Shown: positions 1 to 9,800 of the stretch, one piece after another
Layout of the letters: every line of letters starts with the position of its first letter
How positions within the stretch are numbered: the first letter of the stretch is position 1
Assembly (NCBI GenBank): GCA_041690135.1
Contig: JAWLHY010000013.1
Location: 116,921-180,920 of the forward strand
Direction of reading: 5' to 3'
DNA from: Armatimonadota bacterium
GTDB lineage: Bacteria; Armatimonadota; SYMT01
DNA length: 64,000 bases
The notes under the pieces: generated by a model
Told to the model about the DNA's origin: nothing
Databases searched by the model: none
Seen by the model: the letters and a program-made list of their open reading frames with translations, nothing else
Made by a program: the position numbers and the translations under genes

Positions 1-484
1 ACGATAGTCCGGTTCCCTTTGCGATCACCAAATCGAAATCCCGGGCTGGCGTCTGGACTCCCCTCTCGAACCAAGCCGGGTTCGGCGGTGTGAAACAAGC
101 TTGCATTCCGTAGTGGTTGTTCTAGAACCCACTTTCAATCAGTGCGAGGTGGGAGTCCGGACGGTTGTCCGGTTCTCTTTGCGACCACCGCACCCGAACC
201 CCGGACTATCGTCTGGACTCCCCTATCGGGCCTCGGCAGGTTTGGGAGCGCGGAGGAAGCACACGTTCCGTGGTGGTTGTTCTGAAAACCAACTCACTCT
301 CAGTGCGGGATGGGAGTCCCGACGATAGTCGGGTTCCCCTTGCGACCACCGAGTCCGCACCCCGGACTGGCGTCCGGACTCCCCTCTCGAACCAAGGCGG
401 GTTCGGGGGCGTGAGAGAAGCTTACGTTCCGTAGTGGTTGTTTTGGAACTCACCTTCTATCAGGGAGGGAAAGGAGTCCGGACG
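1..484. repeat. Tandem array of ~161-bp units, each containing a ~73-nt imperfect hairpin (REP/BIME/MITE-like); runs off the left edge
   Basis: GGGAGTCC(G/C)GACG at 151, 312 and (GGAGTCCGGACG) 473; inverse CGTCYGGACTCCC near 50, 210, 371; linker motif TTCCGT(A/G)GTGGTTGTT recurs near 106, 266, 427. Confidence 0.85.
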
Positions 485-499
485 TGCAGGGAAACCTTC

Positions 500-3400
500 T
501 TACTTTTTCCGCAGAGGTTTGGGCGGAGGCTTGGGCGCTCCGGATTTTCCGGGGGATTTCGCTGCCGGGTTGGTTTTGGGCCATGGGGTGGGCTTCACGG
601 TTACAGGTACCGGGAGAGGTGCCGGAGCCGTGCCGGTGGGTTGAGGCTGGAGTAGATAGGGAATCCGAACTGTGGCCTCGTTTCCGGCAGCGTCACGGGC
701 ACGGACCTCCAGCGTATGCCGGCCGACGGTGAGCCTGGCGACGTCGATGCGGAGGGTCTCCTGGGCGGAGTCGAAAATGCCGTCGGAGGAAGCGGCGGCG
801 ATCCAATCGCCTTCGTCCACCCGGTACTCGGCGGATGCGATGTAGGCGCCTTGATCTTCGACGGGAACTTCCGCCGGCGGAGCGAGACCTTTTCGGAATG
901 CCCGCTGCGGGTAGATCCGCGGGCCGGAGTTGTCGATCTGAACTACTTCGGAGATCACTTCCGCCGTGGCCGCCTCGTCCGGGCTGGTGTAAGCGTCGCT
1001 GGCAACGACCTTGAGGCGGTAGCGACCGTCGGGTACTTTCTTCGTGTTCCAGTTCAGGGAGGAGGGGCCGCCGGGCAGATCCTCTGCTTCGGCCGCTTCA
1101 TTCAACAGTTCGGAAATGTCGATCTCGGACTCCACGTCCGCTCCCGCGGAAGCGACGCCGACCTGGGGCCCCTGGAGAACGACTTTGCCTCTTATACCCT
1201 GCTTGGGTGCTGGGATTGAAGGTTGGAAGGTTGAAGGTTGAAGGTTGGGGACCTTAGGGGCAGATGCAGGTACGGTCTGGCGCGAGGTAAGAGCTGGGTT
1301 GGAAGGTTTGAAGGTTGAAGGTTGAAGGTTGGGAACCCGTCGGGCCAGGGGTTGAAGGTTGTGAGTCCGACGTGCAGTGGGGGTGGGTTGTGGGGTTCGG
1401 GCATTTCGGGTTGCGAAGGTCGGACGTCGAGTCACGTTCGCTTTCGCTGCGGTGCGGGGTGAGCGAGCGGGGGATGTAGCCGTCGAGGCTTCCAGGTCGA
1501 GCTCGTCCGGCTCGTCGGAGGATTTAGGGGTGCGAGTGCCGATCTTCACCCACTCATTCGATCCTTCGCCCGCATAGAAGAGATCGTAGGTGAGGTGATC
1601 CCCATCCGGGTCCTTGCCGCGCCAGCGGATGGCACGCGTGCCGGAGAGCACTGCTCCCGCCGCGGGAGCGGTGAGGGTCACTTCGGGGGCGCGGTTGCGG
1701 GGGCGGTAGAAAAGTTCCATGCTCCGCAGCTTCGGTCCGGCGCCGGCTGCCTGCCCTCCGTCCTGCGACCGGAGGACAACGCGATACTGGAGATACTGGC
1801 CTGCGGGAGAGGACACGGTTTCGCCCGTGCTCTTCCGGTAGGCGGCAGACCAATCACTCCAGGTGGCATCGGGATAACCGGTGTTGCCGGTGCGCGTCTG
1901 GATCTCCAGGCCGTCCGTCGAACCGTTCCAGCGCAGGGTGCCCCACCGGGCCAGGTTGCCGGCATCGAGCACCCGGGAAACGTAACTGCCCGTGCCGGAA
2001 GGTCGCGCGCCCAGTCGGACAATCTGCGTCGGTCCTGCCGTGGTGGCGCAGAGGCTTCCCGAGGCATCGCGGGTGAGTGAGAGCACGTAGGCGGCCTGTG
2101 GTTCCCAGAGCGTGCTCACCGTACGGTCGGGAGCGATGCGGTACACGCGCGCCGGAGTGCCGACCCCGGCGTAGACGCTGCCGTCCGGATCCACGATCAG
2201 GCCGAAGACGTGCTTCTCCTTGGACTGGAAAAGGGTGGAGACGTTGCCGGAAGGATCGATGCGGACCACCGAAGCGCGGGGAGAAGTGCCGACGTAAAGG
2301 TTCCCCCTGGCATCGCCGGCCAGGGCCGTGACCGTGGAGTTAGGGAGTTCGTAGACGGGTTCGACCCGCTCGTTGCGGAGCCGGAAGAGCTTGCCCCGGG
2401 GATAAGTGCCGATGTACAGGGTGCCGTCCGGACTTCCGGTGAGAGCGAAGACGTGCCGGTCGGGGGCGGTGAAGACTGCCGTCGCCTTCCCGTCCATGGT
2501 GATCCGGTACAGATGTCCCTGACTCCCGGTGCCGGCATAAAGGACATCCCCCTGCTTGCGGAGCACCCAAACGCGCTCTCCGGGCAGCCGGCAAAGCGCG
2601 GACGCTCTGCCCGAAGGATCGATGCGGTAGATCGTACCGCTGGGCTCCGCGGAAGCAAAGAGGGTGCCGGCGTCGTCCACCGTCAGCGCGGAGATGGCGA
2701 TCTCCCCCTGCCCCTCAAAGTACCGGCTGGTGGTTCCCGAGGAGTCGATCTTGAGAATACTGCCTTCCAGCCAGCCTCCCACATAAACGTTGCCGGAGCG
2801 GTCTCCCGCCTGCGCCCAGAAGAAGCGGTCCGGTGAGGAGAGGAGCGGGCTGGCTTTCGGGGCCAGTGCTAGCTCGCCCCGGCTGGAGATCAGCACTCCT
2901 TCCAGCTTTCCGCCCTGGAGGTCCTGGGCCGTGCTCATCCGCCACACGCCGGGGGCGCGGGCGAGACCCTTGCGGATGGTGGTAGCCGTCCCGCCTTCGC
3001 TTCCGGTCGCACCTCCGGGAGTCTCTCCCTCCAGCAGGCGCTGCAGTTCTTCGAAGGAGGGCATGGCGGGTTCGTTGGGGAGGTCCGGCGCAGCGGAAGG
3101 GCGCTTCTGTGGGCCCTGGGCAAAGGGCAAGGCGCCAACCGGTCCCCCTACCCCCGTTTCGTCTCCGCCGATCTCACCCTGCAGTTCGCCGCCGAACCCC
3201 TGCCGAAAAAGGTCGAGTAGCGAGCCCAGGCCGAAACTGCCCGCGGCCCCGGGAGCGAGTGCGGGGCCGGTCTTGTCTTTCTCGTCGGCATCGACCTGCA
3301 GGGTGAGGATCTGCGCCCCAGCGAGGACCCAAGGCGTGGTGTTCTTGCGGAGGTCGTGGCTGCGGATCATGCGAATGCCGGAGGGATTGGCGCCGGTGAG

Positions 3401-5167
3401 CACCTCCACCACCACGTTCGGCAGATTCGGAAACTCTCGTCCCGCCACGGAAACGCCGACCACCGGCTGGGCCACTTCCAGGCACAGCTCGTTGTTCTGC
3501 TCGCGGTCGGTGATCTGATCCAGCATCTGCGCGAGTGTCTTGGCGGGGGGGCGGTTGATCTGCATGAACTGCCGCACCCGCTCGGCACCGCCGCCGCCGG
3601 AAACGCCGATCTGGAGACGGCCACCGGGTATGTTGCGGGGAATCTCCACCTCCAGCTCGCGGACTTCGCGGGTGCCGTCGGTGGGTTGGATCACGACGCC
3701 GATCTTGACCTTTTCTCCCGGCTTGACCCGTTTGCGGTCGGCGTAGGCCCGCTCGATGGTGGCCGTCTGCCGCTTCTCCGAGACTTCCACGGCCACGCGC
3801 AGCCGCTCGATAGGAACCGAGCCGAAGGTGTTGTTCTCCAGCACATCCAGCACCTGGAGCAGCTCCACCATCGGGAGCCCCGCAAACGGATCGCCGAAGA
3901 GCTGCTCCAGGGCCGAGCGACGCTCTCCCACGGAGAAGACGTTCTCCCGGCGGATCACCGGCATGCCCTTCGGCCAGACCTCCATGACGCCGCGGGTAGT
4001 GCCGGACATGGGCGGGGAGACACTCCCGACGGCGTTGAGCAAGGAGCTGTAGAGGAGGTTGGGCGTCATGTCTCGGTGGACGGCGGAGACGACACGGTAG
4101 TCCCGCTTCACGCCGCGGTCCCGGTCGGCAACACTGAACTCTGCCTGGACCGTGCGGGCCGTCTCCCCCACCCGGCCGCCGATGCTCCAGTTACGGTCTT
4201 GCGTGATGTGCCCCACGGTCTCGACGGGCGCTCCCATCTTGAACGAGACCTCCTGGGTAGAGATGACCCCGTGGATGAAGGCGGTGGTCATCGGCATGTC
4301 GATGGTGCCCAGGCCGAACATGGGATGCCCGAATGCGAGGACGTGGTTACCCTTGACGTAGGTGACCGTGCCGATGGCAGTGGCGTCCACGTCGCCACCC
4401 AGGAGTTGCACACCCACCGCCGCGCCGGGTTCCAGTTTGGGTCGTTCGCCGGGCGGGAGTTGCACGGCGCCGGGGCCCGGCTGAACCAGCACCGGATAGC
4501 GGTTCCAGCGGCGGCGCAGCTCGTCGAGGGCGGTCCGGCCCATTCCGGATACCATCAGGGGGGCGGATACAGGGGTCAGGTAGAGGGTCCCCGACCCGGA
4601 CCCGGCCGCGAGCCCTCGTTCGGGCACGACCTCGGCGCGAGCGAAGAGTTTTCCATCCAGCTTCAGCGGTCCCCCATCCGGCCGGAGTACGCCGCTCTGG
4701 GCGACCGCGGGCGGCGCGGAGCCGGGCCGGTAGTTCTCCAGCATCTGCGCGATGGGAGTAACGCCGGCTACAGGGTCCTTCGCGAACGGCCAGGCGAAGG
4801 CGAGAGCGCCGATGAGCTTTCCGTCCACGTAAATGGGGCTGCCGCTCATTCCGGAGGAGACCCCGGCGCGTGACGTGACCGGGATACCGTCGTCAATCCG
4901 GATGAGGATCATGTCCCCTCCGAAGTCGATCTTTCGCAGCACTCCCAGCACGGTCACGTTGAAGCGCTCGATCTTTGTGCCCTCGAAGACGCTGAGCCCG
5001 TGCCCCTTCATCCCGGGCCGGACCTGGTCGACCGACAGCATCTCTTCGGGGGAGATCAGCGGTCCGGCCTCCGTCGCCACCGGCTGGTCGGCCCATGCCC
5101 CCGGCAGCAGTGGCAGCAGCGCCAGCCCGAGAACCAGCCACAGGACCCATCCATTCTTCTTACTCAT
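500..5167 (-). CDS. Secreted SpoIVB-type peptidase S55 domain fused to beta-propeller and Ig/FN3-like domains
   Basis: Signal peptide from MSKKNGWVLWLVLGLALL (ATG 5167); GMSGSPIYVDGKLIGA and LAFGHP motifs; repeated D-x-x-G-x-L-Y-x-G propeller blades; C-terminal Ig-like (HTLEVRARDAAGN). Confidence 0.85.
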   Translation of the reverse strand: MSKKNGWVLWLVLGLALLPLLPGAWADQPVATEAGPLISPEEMLSVDQVRPGMKGHGLSVFEGTKIERFNVTVLGVLRKIDFGGDMILIRIDDGIPVTSRAGVSSGMSGSPIYVDGKLIGALAFAWPFAKDPVAGVTPIAQMLENYRPGSAPPAVAQSGVLRPDGGPLKLDGKLFARAEVVPERGLAAGSGSGTLYLTPVSAPLMVSGMGRTALDELRRRWNRYPVLVQPGPGAVQLPPGERPKLEPGAAVGVQLLGGDVDATAIGTVTYVKGNHVLAFGHPMFGLGTIDMPMTTAFIHGVISTQEVSFKMGAPVETVGHITQDRNWSIGGRVGETARTVQAEFSVADRDRGVKRDYRVVSAVHRDMTPNLLYSSLLNAVGSVSPPMSGTTRGVMEVWPKGMPVIRRENVFSVGERRSALEQLFGDPFAGLPMVELLQVLDVLENNTFGSVPIERLRVAVEVSEKRQTATIERAYADRKRVKPGEKVKIGVVIQPTDGTREVRELEVEIPRNIPGGRLQIGVSGGGGAERVRQFMQINRPPAKTLAQMLDQITDREQNNELCLEVAQPVVGVSVAGREFPNLPNVVVEVLTGANPSGIRMIRSHDLRKNTTPWVLAGAQILTLQVDADEKDKTGPALAPGAAGSFGLGSLLDLFRQGFGGELQGEIGGDETGVGGPVGALPFAQGPQKRPSAAPDLPNEPAMPSFEELQRLLEGETPGGATGSEGGTATTIRKGLARAPGVWRMSTAQDLQGGKLEGVLISSRGELALAPKASPLLSSPDRFFWAQAGDRSGNVYVGGWLEGSILKIDSSGTTSRYFEGQGEIAISALTVDDAGTLFASAEPSGTIYRIDPSGRASALCRLPGERVWVLRKQGDVLYAGTGSQGHLYRITMDGKATAVFTAPDRHVFALTGSPDGTLYIGTYPRGKLFRLRNERVEPVYELPNSTVTALAGDARGNLYVGTSPRASVVRIDPSGNVSTLFQSKEKHVFGLIVDPDGSVYAGVGTPARVYRIAPDRTVSTLWEPQAAYVLSLTRDASGSLCATTAGPTQIVRLGARPSGTGSYVSRVLDAGNLARWGTLRWNGSTDGLEIQTRTGNTGYPDATWSDWSAAYRKSTGETVSSPAGQYLQYRVVLRSQDGGQAAGAGPKLRSMELFYRPRNRAPEVTLTAPAAGAVLSGTRAIRWRGKDPDGDHLTYDLFYAGEGSNEWVKIGTRTPKSSDEPDELDLEASTATSPARSPRTAAKANVTRRPTFATRNARTPQPTPTARRTHNLQPLARRVPNLQPSTFKPSNPALTSRQTVPASAPKVPNLQPSTFQPSIPAPKQGIRGKVVLQGPQVGVASAGADVESEIDISELLNEAAEAEDLPGGPSSLNWNTKKVPDGRYRLKVVASDAYTSPDEAATAEVISEVVQIDNSGPRIYPQRAFRKGLAPPAEVPVEDQGAYIASAEYRVDEGDWIAAASSDGIFDSAQETLRIDVARLTVGRHTLEVRARDAAGNEATVRIPYLLQPQPTGTAPAPLPVPVTVKPTPWPKTNPAAKSPGKSGAPKPPPKPLRKK
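1216..1360. repeat. TTGAAGG-heptamer dispersed element, in frame inside the S55 gene
   Basis: Runs of TTGAAGG/TTGGAAGG flanking a core GGTACGGTCTGGCGCGAGGTAAGAGCTGGG that matches the 6055-6172 copy. Confidence 0.75.
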
Positions 5168-5171
5168 GGTT

Positions 5172-6035
5172 CTACTTTCGGCTGCCGGCCGCCGGCGTGA
5201 GGTACTGCACGACATTGATCTTGGTGGCGCTAACGATTTCACCCCCTTCGGGGTTGAGCGCGCTGAGGTCGGTACGAGAGGTGGAGATCATGGAGCCGGT
5301 GGAGTAGACGTCCACTCCCGCCGCCGGATCGAAATAGGTGGTGAGCGTGGCCGTGAAGCGCCCGGAACTGGGAAGGCCCAATTCGCCGCGAACTCCGCCG
5401 GTCGTTTCATCGTTTCCCGAACCATGGGTGACAGTCGTCACGAACTTGGCGCACTTCCGACCGCGGAAGGTTTCATGACCAACGTAACGCCCCGTCATGG
5501 TGACTTTCAGTGGGCTCTCGCGCGGGCCCACGGTGAGCGTGTCCTGCCAGGTATCTCCTGGCTTGAGATCTCGGTCCGGGAAGTTGAGGCCGAAGAGCGC
5601 CTCCGCCGCCGCCATATCGTCACCTGGCCCACCTGCCAGCTCCAGTTCGGCCTCCATGGCGCCACCGGACGGGATCTCCTTCCGGCTTAAGAACTTGCCG
5701 CGTTCGGTGAGGCGCACGACCGCTCGCGTCGGCGGCCGGTCAAGCGCCTGACTTTCACCCATCGCCATCATCTTGCCGGAGATCGGTGTGTCCGTGACCT
5801 GCAGCGTCACCACCCCACCCTTCACGGAAAGGACCCTGGCGGTCTGCTTGATCGAGACCCGGAATTGCATCTTGAGCGGGTCGCCGGTGGTGGGGCCTAC
5901 CAGCGAGGCCCCGGCCATCCCCGCGCGAGATTGGACCACCTGGCCGGCCCGGTACTTATAGCGGAATTTCTCCGCCCGGGCTGCGGTGGGCAGCGCCAGG
6001 AGCAGGCAGAGCGTGAGAGGTGGTAGAGGGCGCAT
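5172..6035 (-). CDS. Secreted beta-rich hypothetical protein, first gene of the S55 operon
   Basis: Signal peptide MRPLPPLTLCLLLALPTAARA; FPDRDLKPGDTWQ motif; stop 4 nt before the S55 start; upstream ORF extension is repeat-derived. Confidence 0.75.
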   Translation of the reverse strand: MRPLPPLTLCLLLALPTAARAEKFRYKYRAGQVVQSRAGMAGASLVGPTTGDPLKMQFRVSIKQTARVLSVKGGVVTLQVTDTPISGKMMAMGESQALDRPPTRAVVRLTERGKFLSRKEIPSGGAMEAELELAGGPGDDMAAAEALFGLNFPDRDLKPGDTWQDTLTVGPRESPLKVTMTGRYVGHETFRGRKCAKFVTTVTHGSGNDETTGGVRGELGLPSSGRFTATLTTYFDPAAGVDVYSTGSMISTSRTDLSALNPEGGEIVSATKINVVQYLTPAAGSRK

Positions 6036-6054
6036 AGGTGTGGACTGAAGTCTT

Positions 6055-6172
6055 GAGTTGAAGGTTGAAAGTTGAAGGTCGGGGACCCCCACGGGTCTGT
6101 TAGGGGTACGGTTTGGCGTGAGATGGGAGCTGAGTTGGAAGGTTTGCAGGTTACAGGTTGAAAGTTGCAAAC
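6055..6172. repeat. Second copy of the TTGAAGG-heptamer element, upstream of the S55 operon
   Basis: TTGAAGG TTGAAAG TTGAAGG TCGGGGACC ... GGTACGGTTTGGCGTGAGATGGGAGCTGAGTTGGAAGGTTTGCAGG. Confidence 0.7.
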
Positions 6173-6859
6173 CCCTCGCGGGGGTCAGTGGTTGACGCTC
6201 CTGTCGGGGCCAGGTTTGAAAGGTAGAGATGCGAGAGGCCGCGTCGCGTGGAAAGGGTGCGCTCTTCCAGTGTAGCAGCGCGGGGCTCTCTATTGAAGGT
6301 TCCCGCTGGGAGTGCGGAACCTCCTCCGGCGATGACGATAATGACTATGATTACGATTAGGGTCGCGAATGGCCTTTGTAATAACGGGAATTTATGCCCG
6401 CACGGTTCGGTCCGGATCTGGATTGGGGTTGACTGGGGCGGGAATTGCCGCTAACCTTCGGATTCTTTGCGCCGGCAGCCATGGCCGCTATATGGAGGCG
6501 GTACGGTGTTCCCGCCCTTCCGTGTCACCTTCTGGTGGAGAGTGTTGTCCGGAGAGCAGGCAACGATCGGCGGCGGACTTCCGACTACCGATGGGGCAGG
6601 CCGCTATCAGATGAATGCTGGGGAGGCCTGTGAACCTGCCGACGATCAGGAACAGGTATGTTGCCTGGCCCCGTAGACCTCGATGGCAGTGTTCTAGAGC
6701 GGTCCAGGCAGCACTGATACGAATACAACAATATCCCATCCGGGAGATATAGGGAACCTCGAACTCCCGGATCGGGTCTTTACCCTGGCAGCGCGATAAA
6801 CCCCCCAAGCCGCGTTCCCCGTAACTAGGCCCAGGAATATCTGCGTCTCCGGAAATTTA

Positions 6860-9800
6860 ATGGTTAAAAATCGACACATTGGGAATAAGCTCCGTTGGCC
6901 TCTAATTACTCTCTCCTGCGTAACGGGCGTGGGAGTGACGGTTGGGGGACTGAGAATCCGCGCCCTGATTCAGGACCAGCTTCCGGATATATTGCGAAGC
7001 CGGCTGGAAACGGCGCTCGGACATAAGATCGCATTCGGTGAGTTGACCGTATTGCCGACCGGCGTGTGGGTGAATGACCTGCGCGTGCTGCGGAACGGCA
7101 GTGAGTCCGTAGACCCCCTCTTCGCGCGCCGGGTGGGCGCTTCCCTCGACTGGTGGCAGCTCCTAACGGAGCGCAAGGTACGGATCACCGGCGTCGACGT
7201 GGTTGACGGCAAGGTCCGCCTTTCGCCGGTCGTGGACTCCCGCAAGCGCGAGCCGTGGACGGCCCAGCTTCTTTCCCTTTCTCGTTCGGGCGTCGAGCGG
7301 TTCCGGGTGCGCAACACCTCCGTGGAGATGTTGGGCGGCAATTCCGGGGCATGGGCCGCACGCGGCGTAACCGGCGACCTCGTGGTCCGCCCGGAAGAGT
7401 TTCTCTATCAACTGCGGCTGGCCTCGCTGGCTGCCGCCGGCACGGAAGTCACCGGCCTGCGTCTGGAAGGCACGGGCGACGCGAAGGGCGTGCGCCTGCG
7501 CAAGAGCCTGGCGGAGTACGCGGGTGGCCGCTTCGAGGCGACCGGTACGGTTGCCGCTGAGAAGAATTCCGCGGACCTGAAGGTGCGCGTTCAGCGCCTC
7601 CCGCTCCAGCGCCTGGCTTCGCAGCTTGGCATCCCCGCCGAATGGGCGATGAAGGGTACGATCACCGGCGACGTTACCGTTGGCGCCGATGACAATACCC
7701 TGCGTGCCGTGCGGGGGAAGCTGCACCTGAACCGGGGCTCGTTCTCCCACGACGGTAGCGTATTCCCCTGGTCTGCGGCGGATGCGAAGGTGGATTGGAC
7801 GCCGGAGCGGACCGCCCTACAGGATGTGCGGGTACGTGGTAACGGCCTGGATCTAACCCTGGCGGGCCGGGTCGACCTGGCCAATGGGCAACCGTTCACC
7901 GCCGGCAAGTTCCAGGCCAACGGACAGTTGGTCGCCAGCCGCCGGGAGGCGGTGGCACAGATTGCCGAGCTATTGGCGTTCCGGAAGGCACTGGACGGAC
8001 GGTGGAACGCGGACCGCGCCTCGATCCAGTTCCGGGCCAATGGCACCGTCGGAGAGCTTGCCCGGGCCGCCGCCACCGGAAAGGTCCAGGTAGATGGTCT
8101 GAAGCTCCGGCCGACCCCCGAGAGCGACCAGGTATCCGTGAAGCAGCTTGTTGCCGACCTGGACCGCAATGCGGAACGGCTGGCGCTCACCAACCTGCGC
8201 CTGCGGACCGACGGCGTCTCCGTGGACGGTGGGCTCACACTGACCAACGATCAGCCCAGCGGAACCTTTGCCGCGCAGGGGCGGGCGACCATTCATGACC
8301 TCAAGGCGCTCAAGAAGGCGGTGCCCGAAGCCTCGCTGTGGAAGTGGGTTCCCTCCGTTTCCTCCTCCGCCACCGCGCAGGTGGACTTCAATGTAGGTGG
8401 TCCTGCCGCGGACCTGGCACAGTGGAAGAGCCGGGGGTCTTTCGAGCTGCATAATTTCCGCCTCGGCGCGCGCTCGCCCCTGCCCAATAAGGCGATGTTC
8501 TTCATACCGGTGAACACGGCCGCGGGCGAGTTCCGCCACTCGGGCGCCCAGGTAGACCTTGTCGGTCTCCGCCTCGATACCCCATCGTTCCAGGCGAGCG
8601 GCGAAGTGGGGCTGGGCTTTCACGGTCCGGACCCGGCGTTCCGCACGGCGCTTCGCGTCGTTACCGACGACTGGCGCGCCCTCCCCGCAATGCCCGTCGG
8701 TACGCTGCCGGGTCTGGAGGGTGGGAGATTTGAAGCGGAAGTCCAACTCGCGGGTCTTTATTCCCGCCTCTCGGAAGCCCCGGTGGAGGGCTCGTTCCGG
8801 CTCCTGAATGCCACCTATGCCGTGGGTTCGGAAGCGCCTGAGGGTGTGCAAAGCGCCCGGGAGAAGCAGCCGATTCCGGTCCGCGAGCTGGCGGCCCGGT
8901 TCCGATGGGCCCGCCCGGAAGGCGCAGACCGCTCGGAGCTGAACATTGATTCCCTGAATCTGGACACGCCGGTCTTCACCGCGGAAGCGACTGGCCGCGC
9001 GGTCCCGTCGCCGGATCGCTACGCGCTGGCTCTGGACATCGTGGGCCGCACGGAGAACGCCGGTATCCTGGCCGATCGCCTGGCTCCGGAGCTGAAATTG
9101 TCCGGCGGTAGCGCCGACGTGCGGGTCCAACTGACCAGCCCGCTCGACGGCAGCGAGAGCCCCGTCGTCGCCGGCACGCTGGCGCTGAAGGACGGTCGCC
9201 TCCACCACGCCGCCGAGATCCTGGGCGTGACCGCGGCCGAAGGGCTGGAAGCGCGCGAGTTGAACGTGGATTTCCGTCAGGAAGGCCAGGCGTGGACGGT
9301 GAACCGGGCCGAACTGAACGCCCCCGGCCTCGTCGCGCGGCTGGAAGGCTCTTTCGCGGATGGCAAGATCGATGCCGACCTCGACGCCAGCGTGGCGAGT
9401 TGGGCGGCGTCCGCGAACCTCCCCGTGGCCGGCGGCAGCGTGGCCCTGAAGGGTCGCCTGGCCGGCGCGGCGGCGGAGCCGGAGAAGCTGACCTACAACG
9501 GCAGCCTCTCCCTTACCGGCGCCCAGGCGCGTTACGCCGCGAAGAACGTCTCCGTGGCCGGGGGTCGCCTGAACCTGACCGCCGCCGGCGAAGGGCGGAT
9601 CGCAGACGTGATGAGCTGGCTGCGCTCGGGAACCGTGGAGTTGGCGGGCGTGCAAACGACCCTGGCCGGCAAGTCGCCCCGCACGTTGAACGTGAGCCTG
9701 GCTCCGACGCCGTTCCGCCGCGAAGGGGCGGGCTTTGCCTGGAAGAATGCCCGCCTGACCACCGGAACCCTCGCCGCGACGCTCGCCGGCCAGTGGAACC

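Noticed and set aside
1-484. CRISPR array
   Set aside because: Units are ~161 bp and degenerate, the 'spacers' are homologous to one another, and no cas genes are in the window.
101-732. Short + strand ORFs over the repeat array and the S55 3' end
   Set aside because: Translations are products of the repeat or antisense shadows; no RBS or coding signature.
6248-6879. Small ORFs in the divergent intergenic region (e.g. 6488..6808)
   Set aside because: No recognisable motifs or RBS, and multiple overlapping frames are equally weak.
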